NCBI GenBank assembly: GCA_046761065.1
Contig: JBHIFL010000090.1
Coordinates: 1 to 14,613, forward strand
DNA: 14,613 bases
Direction: 5' to 3'
From: Candidatus Heimdallarchaeota archaeon
Lineage (GTDB): Archaea; Asgardarchaeota; Wukongarchaeia; Wukongarchaeales; JBHIFL01
Below the pieces are notes generated by a model. That model did not search any database. It was not told the DNA's origin and saw only the letters and a list, made by a program, of their open reading frames with translations. The translations under genes were made by a program, and so were the position numbers. Below, piece after piece: positions 1 to 5,962 of the stretch; position 1 is the stretch's first letter; each line of letters starts with the position of its first letter.

Positions 1-339
1 CATGTAAAGGGTGCCCGCGAAGTACTTTGGCACCCTCGATTTCGTTTCGATTAAAGAGTGGGCGGAGACGCCGGAGAGGAAGAAGATCAGCACCAAGATC
101 GCCTTTTGAACGACCCAAGTCTGGACGATTGACGAGCAGAGTTGGATCAACGATGAGAGCCATGCCCCTCCTCCCCAGACTGGAGGACCGAAAAGTCCAT
201 AAAGGTTTGACTCTAGGCTTGGGCCAAAGACCATATCAAGGGTAAGTATGTAACCTGATTTAAGTAAGGTGCTAAGCACGGCGAGAGAGAGGGCCAAGTA
301 AAAGATGGGGTAAATAAGCTTCTCGAGCTCAATCTTCAT
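1..339 (-). CDS. 5' part (113 aa, truncated by the window edge) of a GT-C-type polytopic membrane glycosyltransferase, paralogous to the N-terminus of the 1394-aa protein
   Basis: Translated by hand from ATG at 339: MKIELEKLIYPIFYLALSLAVLSTLLKSGYILTLDMVFGPS...VVQKAILVLIFFLSGVSAHSLIETKSRVPKYFAGTLYM, with no stop before base 1. It aligns with the big protein: GYILTLDMVF / GLVMYGDLIF, QKAILVLIFFLSGVS / AKAYLLGCLILIGLS, AGTLYM / AALVYM(LNP). It overlaps the upstream gene by 11 nt. Confidence 0.85.
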   Translation of the reverse strand, partial: MKIELEKLIYPIFYLALSLAVLSTLLKSGYILTLDMVFGPSLESNLYGLFGPPVWGGGAWLSSLIQLCSSIVQTWVVQKAILVLIFFLSGVSAHSLIETKSRVPKYFAGTLYM

Positions 340-646
340 GTCTTTCCCTCAGGTACTCGATGAAGAGACCCAGAATTCCGACGGCAAGGAAGTAATACAT
401 CCAAATCGCAACCTCGTTCGAGTATCGTTCGCTACCTGTTGCAAGCAATGTAGCACATACAACTAAGAAAAAAAGAGCTGTTCCGACGAGTATTCTTGCA
501 TCGTATCTTCTCCATGCGAAGATGGCTAGAGTTAAGATAAACACAGCCAGAACCTGAACTTCTGAGCCAAGAAACCTTGCAGAGGCGACGCAAATTATAA
601 CTAGAATGAAAGGAAGAAAATCGTCGATCGATTTCAGTTTGGCCAT
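329..646 (-). CDS. Small integral membrane protein (105 aa, about 4 TM helices), function unknown
   Basis: Four hydrophobic segments and a C-terminal NEVAIWMYYFLAVGILGLFIEY motif. ATG start. Its stop overlaps the start of the downstream GT-C gene. Confidence 0.8.
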   Translation of the reverse strand: MAKLKSIDDFLPFILVIICVASARFLGSEVQVLAVFILTLAIFAWRRYDARILVGTALFFLVVCATLLATGSERYSNEVAIWMYYFLAVGILGLFIEYLRERHED

Positions 647-664
647 TATCCCAGCCCACTTATC

Positions 665-682
665 GCTCTTTAAGCCTTAAGA
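665..682 (-). promoter_or_regulatory. Possible archaeal TATA box for the 646 gene
   Basis: The minus strand reads CTTAAGGCTTAAAG, with CTTAAA about 23-28 nt upstream of the ATG at 646. This spacing would fit a leaderless archaeal transcript. It lies in a 72-bp intergenic gap after a T-rich stretch. Confidence 0.3.
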
Positions 683-718
683 CCAATAATAGATGATAAT
701 GATATGATAAAGAGAAAA

Positions 719-1441
719 TTATTTCTTTATCATTTCTGCCTCTTTTAAATCCTCGTCCGTGTTTATGTTAGTGTACTTATCGCAGACAGGAAAGATCTTT
801 ACTATGTGTCCATCGTCAACAGCGCATTGAACCAAATCTGGAAGTTCCTTTTCCTTTCTTTCGTGATGTATTGGCGTTCTTTCTATGTAGGAAAGAATAT
901 CGTTTTTAAAAATGCAGTGCCCAGTACCTTGAAAATCGTTTAACGCCTTCCTCGGCTTTTCTATTAGTCTGAAAACTCTGCCACCATTATCTACTATTAC
1001 TGAGTACGTCTTGGTTATTTTGTACCCATCCTTTGCAATACAAACTCCACACACACCAAACAAATTTTCTTCTTTAAACTTTTTCAGCATCTCTTTATGC
1101 CTGCTATTTATAAGAACTTCATCACCAAGCAAAAGGAAGAAATCATCGTTACCAATAGCGTGTTTACTGCACTCTATAGCATGAACCAAACCCCTTTGTT
1201 CTAATTGTATCGCGTATTTTATCCTTTTTCCATTGTAGCACGTTCCGTATCTATTTATTATGTCCTCTGCCCCGTAGCCAACAATGATTATGATCTCATC
1301 CACGTCTTCTAATTCAGCGGCGCGTTGGATGTTGTATTCCAATATAGGTTTTCCTCCAAGCTCCAACATGCATTTATTCGTGGGACCCTGTACCTCGCCT
1401 AATCTTTTCCCCCTTCCAGCCGCAAGAATCAACGCTTTCAT
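719..1441 (-). CDS. Sugar-1-phosphate nucleotidyltransferase (RmlA / glucose-1-phosphate thymidylyltransferase-like, NTP_transferase family), without a left-handed beta-helix domain
   Basis: Motifs ILAAGRGKRL, KCMLELGGKPILEY, QLEQRGLVHAI, LLLGD, LIEKP, ELPD and NINT. 240 aa. Confidence 0.9.
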   Translation of the reverse strand: MKALILAAGRGKRLGEVQGPTNKCMLELGGKPILEYNIQRAAELEDVDEIIIIVGYGAEDIINRYGTCYNGKRIKYAIQLEQRGLVHAIECSKHAIGNDDFFLLLGDEVLINSRHKEMLKKFKEENLFGVCGVCIAKDGYKITKTYSVIVDNGGRVFRLIEKPRKALNDFQGTGHCIFKNDILSYIERTPIHHERKEKELPDLVQCAVDDGHIVKIFPVCDKYTNINTDEDLKEAEMIKK

Positions 1442-1444
1442 ACT

Positions 1445-2473
1445 TCAGCCCCCAAACACATGTATATTTTCTCTTACCCATTCGACAAGCTTTCTAATCC
1501 CCTCCTCATTAGAGACCCTCGGCTCCCAACCGAGCTTTTCCTTAGCTTTGGTTATGTCGCAGACAAAGTACCATAAATCCCCCGGCCTTGTTTCCTTGAA
1601 TTCTATGTTTGGTTCCATGCCAGTTATTTCCCGTATCAAATTCAAACATTCTATCAATGAGATGGTGCGCTTGATTCCGCCACCAATATTGTAAATCCCT
1701 GACTTTTTATTTTTGTAAAACGCGTTGAATGCTGTTGCTGCATCGCTCGCATAAAGAATGTCTCTAACTTGTTTGCCTGTTCCAAAGACTTTTATAGGTG
1801 TTTTTAACATCGTTTTTATAACAAAATTTGCAACCCATCCGTGATCCTCCCCACCGAATTGTCTTGGCCCGTACATCCCAGTTAGACGGAACGTCGCAGC
1901 CTCCAAACCATAAGTATCTACATATGCCTGCACATACAATTCAGCTGCTCTTTTCGATGTGTGTAACGGTGTTATCTTACCTTGCATTGTGGGGTAATCC
2001 TCGTCTATTGCTGGTGGATCTCGAACGTACCGAGTTTCACTTCCCCTCAGCGTTTCATTTATCCCATTCCCGTAAACATGGATGGTGGAGCAGTTGACTA
2101 TGGGTACATCAAATTTTCTTGCCGCCTCTAAAACATTAAAGGTCCCTAGCACGTTTGTTGTAAAATCCAATTCTGACTGTTCTATGCTTATCGTCATTGC
2201 GGGTTGGGCAGCCGTATGGATTATGTAATCGCAGTCTTTACTAAGTTTGATTAAGTTATCTTTATTGCGTATATCTCCTTTAACCGATTGGGCACCGATA
2301 TTTTTCAAGAAATTCCAGTTGTATAACCTCGCACCTTCTACTTCGTACCCTGTTCTCATAAGCTCATGTTTGGTCAGGTTGTCTAAGGATACCACTTCCT
2401 CTCCTTGATTTTTGTAATACTCACATATGTGAGAGCCGAGAAATCCACATCCACCAGTTATAAGCACTTTCAT
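1445..2473 (-). CDS. NAD-dependent NDP-sugar epimerase/dehydratase (extended SDR), CDP-paratose 2-epimerase (RfbE)-like
   Basis: Motifs VLITGGCGFLGS, GDIRN, HTAAQPAMTISI, TRY, MYGPRQFGGEDHGWV, GTGKQVRDIL and RPGD. The ATG at 2473 follows an SD-like AAGGGGG; an alternative start lies at 2500. The catalytic YxxxK is replaced by LHTSK. Confidence 0.9.
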   Translation of the reverse strand: MKVLITGGCGFLGSHICEYYKNQGEEVVSLDNLTKHELMRTGYEVEGARLYNWNFLKNIGAQSVKGDIRNKDNLIKLSKDCDYIIHTAAQPAMTISIEQSELDFTTNVLGTFNVLEAARKFDVPIVNCSTIHVYGNGINETLRGSETRYVRDPPAIDEDYPTMQGKITPLHTSKRAAELYVQAYVDTYGLEAATFRLTGMYGPRQFGGEDHGWVANFVIKTMLKTPIKVFGTGKQVRDILYASDAATAFNAFYKNKKSGIYNIGGGIKRTISLIECLNLIREITGMEPNIEFKETRPGDLWYFVCDITKAKEKLGWEPRVSNEEGIRKLVEWVRENIHVFGG

Positions 2474-2500
2474 CAAGTTCGCCCCCTTGCTATCAATCAT

Positions 2501-2565
2501 GGGTAGATTTTTTACACGTATTTTTATACTTTATGGTTAAAAAATATTGCCGAGCGGGTGCGGGC
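2501..2565. promoter_or_regulatory. Short AT-rich divergent promoter region between the SDR gene (minus) and the DUF362 gene (plus)
   Basis: The gene starts diverge here. TTTTTATA at 2521-2528 reads TATAAAAA on the minus strand, and TTAAAAAATA lies at 2537-2546. Confidence 0.4.
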
Positions 2566-3501
2566 ATGAATAAAAATTTGAATCTCGTTTCGATAGCGAA
2601 GTTCGATGGCGATATCGCAAAAACTCTAAAAAACGCGGTAGACCTTATCGGCGGGTTAAGCCTTTCAAATATTCTAATTCTTATTAAGCCGAACCTTTGC
2701 GCGGAGATCGACATCTCAGGCGGCGCCACAACCGACCTTCGACTCATTCGAGCACTCGTGGACGAAATTTTGAGGGAAAAAGGAAATTCTGGAATTAGAA
2801 TAGTTGAATCGAATAGCGAGGCAAAATACATTGAGAAGGCTTTCAATAACTTAGGATACCGCCAACTTGAAGAGGGATATCAGGCTAATGGCTATGATGT
2901 TTCCCTTGTTAATCTGAGTAAGGTACCAACTAAGGCCGTTTCATTGGATGGGCTCTATTTCAAAAAGGTTAAGTTGCCAAAAATCTTGCTTGGTCCGAGG
3001 CTTTTTATATCAGTTGCCAAGGCGAAGACCCATGAGTTAACCCAAATTACCGGAGTTTTGAAGAATCAATTCGGGTGCCTGCCAGAGAAGGATAAAACCG
3101 TGTATCATAGGCATATCGACAAAGTAATCGTGGATCTCAACAGGATCATTAGGCCCGACCTCAACATCGTTGATGGGGTGGTCGGAATGGAAGGGGTATA
3201 CAAAGGAAGATTAAAAAAACTTGGGGTGCTCATGTGTGGGCATGATCCAGTTTCCGTGGATGCAACCTTAGCAAAGGTTATGGGTTTTAATCCTTTGAAG
3301 ATCAAGCACATAGTCCTAGCAGAAAGATATAAATTGGGATCGACGCGCCCGACGATAACTGGAGAAAAAATCGAGTCGGTTGCTATAAAATTTCGAAAGC
3401 CAAAATTGGGAACGGCTTATAAGATTTATCTACGTTTGCCGGAGCCTATTTCCCAAGTTATAAAGGGCGCATATAGAAAATTCGTCAGAGGATATAGCTA
3501 A
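2566..3501 (+). CDS. DUF362 family protein (putative Fe-S-associated), without a C-terminal ferredoxin domain
   Basis: Motifs LIKPNL, GATTD, KAKTH..TQITGVLKNQFGC, IVDGVVGMEG and DPVSVDA. Alternative start at 2533. It is the only convincing plus-strand gene. Confidence 0.88.
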   Translation: MNKNLNLVSIAKFDGDIAKTLKNAVDLIGGLSLSNILILIKPNLCAEIDISGGATTDLRLIRALVDEILREKGNSGIRIVESNSEAKYIEKAFNNLGYRQLEEGYQANGYDVSLVNLSKVPTKAVSLDGLYFKKVKLPKILLGPRLFISVAKAKTHELTQITGVLKNQFGCLPEKDKTVYHRHIDKVIVDLNRIIRPDLNIVDGVVGMEGVYKGRLKKLGVLMCGHDPVSVDATLAKVMGFNPLKIKHIVLAERYKLGSTRPTITGEKIESVAIKFRKPKLGTAYKIYLRLPEPISQVIKGAYRKFVRGYS

Positions 3502-4661
3502 CAACGGTTCTTTTTGCTTAGTGCGTTTTCGAATACAGTTAACATTTTTTGACAAAACTTATCCCAAGTTAGATTTTCAGCGGCGAAACGTCTCCCCCTT
3601 TTCGCCATATTCCAATAAGGCTTTGGATTATTGTATATGTCCAAAACGGCCTTAACAATATCATCTGTGACTATACCTATACCTTTTCTCGTTATGATGT
3701 CAGAGGCTGTCATCTCGGTGGACACGATTATTGGTTTAGAAGCACATAACGCTTCGAAAGGAGATAGCCACCCTCCTTGCGACTTAATGGGGAATAGGGC
3801 AATATCACATACATGATATAAATCTTTAAGCATTTGTTTGGGAATGTGTCCTGTAAAGACTATATGTTTTTTTAAGCCTTTTCTGTAGATATATTTTTTA
3901 ATCATTTCCTCGTAGGGGCCATTGCCTAACCCAGCCAAAACTAACTTGATATTCGGGATATAATTTCTTAACTTTTCAACGGCCTTTACGCTTTCAAACT
4001 GATTCTTCGAGGGGGTTATCATCCCCACTTGAAGTAAAATGAAATTATTGTAAAGGTTAAACTTACGCATAGCTTTTTTCTTATCACCGCTTGAAAAGAG
4101 CTCGTACTCTATACCGTAATGGATAATTTCAGCTTGCTTGTCGTATCTTGTAAAAGCTCGTTTAGCATTAAATTCATCTGCAACACAAATAACGTCTATA
4201 CATTTGTTAACAAAGAACTTGTCTAATGACGTAAGCGCATTTCTCATTATTTTCATCGGAACTGAATGGTCATTGGAATCGTACCATAAATCTGGAGGTT
4301 CATTACACATCCAAACACAGGGGGCGCGCTTAGGGAAAATAGACCATGTTGCCGGAAAATTATGAACATTTACCAAGTCAAAGCCATTAATGTTTTCGCG
4401 GAATAACTTTTGCATAGCAATGATTTCGCGAGCCAATCTTGTAGCACCAGAAAAATCGACACCCCACATTTTATATGGAATTGTTTTACGGGGAGTAATC
4501 ATATGAAGTCCTCTGTGTTCCTCAATAGTTTCGCGAGGCTTCGAAAGCGTTAATATGGCATTCTCAATCCCTTTTTTTGTCAGATAAGTGGCAAGTTTTG
4601 ACACCACGGTTTCGGCTCCGCCATACCAATCCATATGAGGATGTACGAACGCTACCCTCAA
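3498..4661 (-). CDS. Glycosyltransferase family 4 (GT-B fold)
   Basis: Motifs RVAFVHP..YGGAE, HNFPA, IIHYGI, VGMITPSKNQ, VFTGHIP, LYHVCDIALFP and EALCASKPII. TTG start. Confidence 0.9.
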   Translation of the reverse strand: MRVAFVHPHMDWYGGAETVVSKLATYLTKKGIENAILTLSKPRETIEEHRGLHMITPRKTIPYKMWGVDFSGATRLAREIIAMQKLFRENINGFDLVNVHNFPATWSIFPKRAPCVWMCNEPPDLWYDSNDHSVPMKIMRNALTSLDKFFVNKCIDVICVADEFNAKRAFTRYDKQAEIIHYGIEYELFSSGDKKKAMRKFNLYNNFILLQVGMITPSKNQFESVKAVEKLRNYIPNIKLVLAGLGNGPYEEMIKKYIYRKGLKKHIVFTGHIPKQMLKDLYHVCDIALFPIKSQGGWLSPFEALCASKPIIVSTEMTASDIITRKGIGIVTDDIVKAVLDIYNNPKPYWNMAKRGRRFAAENLTWDKFCQKMLTVFENALSKKNRC

Positions 4662-4684
4662 AAAAAATCCCGACTTATTTTTTG

Positions 4685-5962
4685 TTATAGTGTCGGGTCT
4701 ATCCCGTATTTTTTTTCTCTTTCCATGGCATCATAAGCCCTACACCCCCTGCAAAGTAATGGAACCTTAGCATCGGGCTTATTTACTGTGTATCTGAATC
4801 TTCGATATCTTTCAGAGTTCCATATTTCCTTGAACGGTTTTTCAAGCAAATTTCCGAAAGCATACTTTCTAAGAGAATCGCGATTGTTGGACATCAGCAC
4901 GGCACAGCAGGGCAACACATAGCCTGGTTTTCCCCCAGCTGTCATTACATAAGGCTCCATCCAGGCCAGGCAACGATTAATAGAGGGTAACCTCTTGGGT
5001 TCTGTATGAGCAAATATCACATCGGCGCCATCGACGATCTCTTTCTTTTTCTTTGCGGCCGCTATCTGAATTTTTTCCGGAACATTTAGTAAATAGTATT
5101 GCTTGATCTCAGGATACACAAGTAACCCAACAAAGTGAATTTTGCTTCCATCTCCAAGATCGTCCCTATTGCCAAATGTTCTTACTAGTTCAACAAATTT
5201 GGGCATCTCGTGATAATTTAGAGTCGTGATCACGTAGCGGAAGCAGAGTTCTGGTATCGGAGAATCTTTTGCTTTTTTTAGCTCAATAAGCTTTTTAATG
5301 TTTTTCGTCACTTTCTCGAAATCGCAACCCACTTTTATTCGTTCGTAGGTTTCCTTTGTTGCCCCATCCATAGACACATAAATACCATCCACATCCATAT
5401 CTACCAATTTCTTGGCTATTCTTTCGTCAATCAAATCAAAGCTGTCAACGAGATAAACCATCACGTCTTTCTTTTTTAAATACTCAATCATTTTCAGATA
5501 GTCTTTGTTTAGGAAAGCGTCCCCCTCGCCTGTAAGATTAACCCATTTTAAATTAGGAAATTGATCCACAATTTTTTTGAAATCCTCAAATGATAAATCT
5601 ATTGACGGTTCTTTCCAGTAGGTGTGCTCGCAAAGTACACACCTCTTGTTACATCTTGTCGTAATTTCTATTTCTAAATAAGACGGATAGGGTGCAATCT
5701 GAGGAAAACGACGGATTAAGGGGCCTATAAAATAGTATGCCAATTCCCCAGATCCCTCTCCTGTAGGTACAAAGGTTTTTGTGTAAAGGAAATTAATAAA
5801 AGCTTTAATCCCCCTTCTCTGCAATAAATATTTCATAGTCCGCCTATAACGCCATGCCGCCCTCGTTATCATAGAAAATACTTCACGCGTGCCGAGTACT
5901 TCTGCAGAAATACTGTGATCGGCAGGGACAATGGCTCTCGATATCCTACTAAGGATGCCCAT
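4685..5962 (-). CDS. Radical SAM protein with a SPASM/twitch auxiliary Fe-S domain (paralog 2)
   Basis: CNKRCVLC at 5630-5653, VSMDGATKETYERI, and a C-terminal C...PCC...FGNLLEKPFKEIWNS...CRGC. The start directly abuts the upstream stop (TAAATG). Confidence 0.93.
   Translation of the reverse strand: MGILSRISRAIVPADHSISAEVLGTREVFSMITRAAWRYRRTMKYLLQRRGIKAFINFLYTKTFVPTGEGSGELAYYFIGPLIRRFPQIAPYPSYLEIEITTRCNKRCVLCEHTYWKEPSIDLSFEDFKKIVDQFPNLKWVNLTGEGDAFLNKDYLKMIEYLKKKDVMVYLVDSFDLIDERIAKKLVDMDVDGIYVSMDGATKETYERIKVGCDFEKVTKNIKKLIELKKAKDSPIPELCFRYVITTLNYHEMPKFVELVRTFGNRDDLGDGSKIHFVGLLVYPEIKQYYLLNVPEKIQIAAAKKKKEIVDGADVIFAHTEPKRLPSINRCLAWMEPYVMTAGGKPGYVLPCCAVLMSNNRDSLRKYAFGNLLEKPFKEIWNSERYRRFRYTVNKPDAKVPLLCRGCRAYDAMEREKKYGIDPTL

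Noticed and set aside
27-245. 72-aa Arg-rich plus-strand ORF
   Set aside because: It is the antisense shadow of the GT-C gene at 1-339 and has no recognisable motifs.
1445-2473. Calling the SDR rfbE and the product tyvelose
   Set aside because: The catalytic Tyr is absent and no CDP-paratose pathway genes are in the window, so only family-level similarity is supported.
4660-4667. Homopolymer runs (A8 at the GT4 TTG start, C7 at 6344-6350 and 14158-14164) as phase-variation tracts
   Set aside because: Runs of 7-8 nt are common in this sequence and all reading frames are intact.
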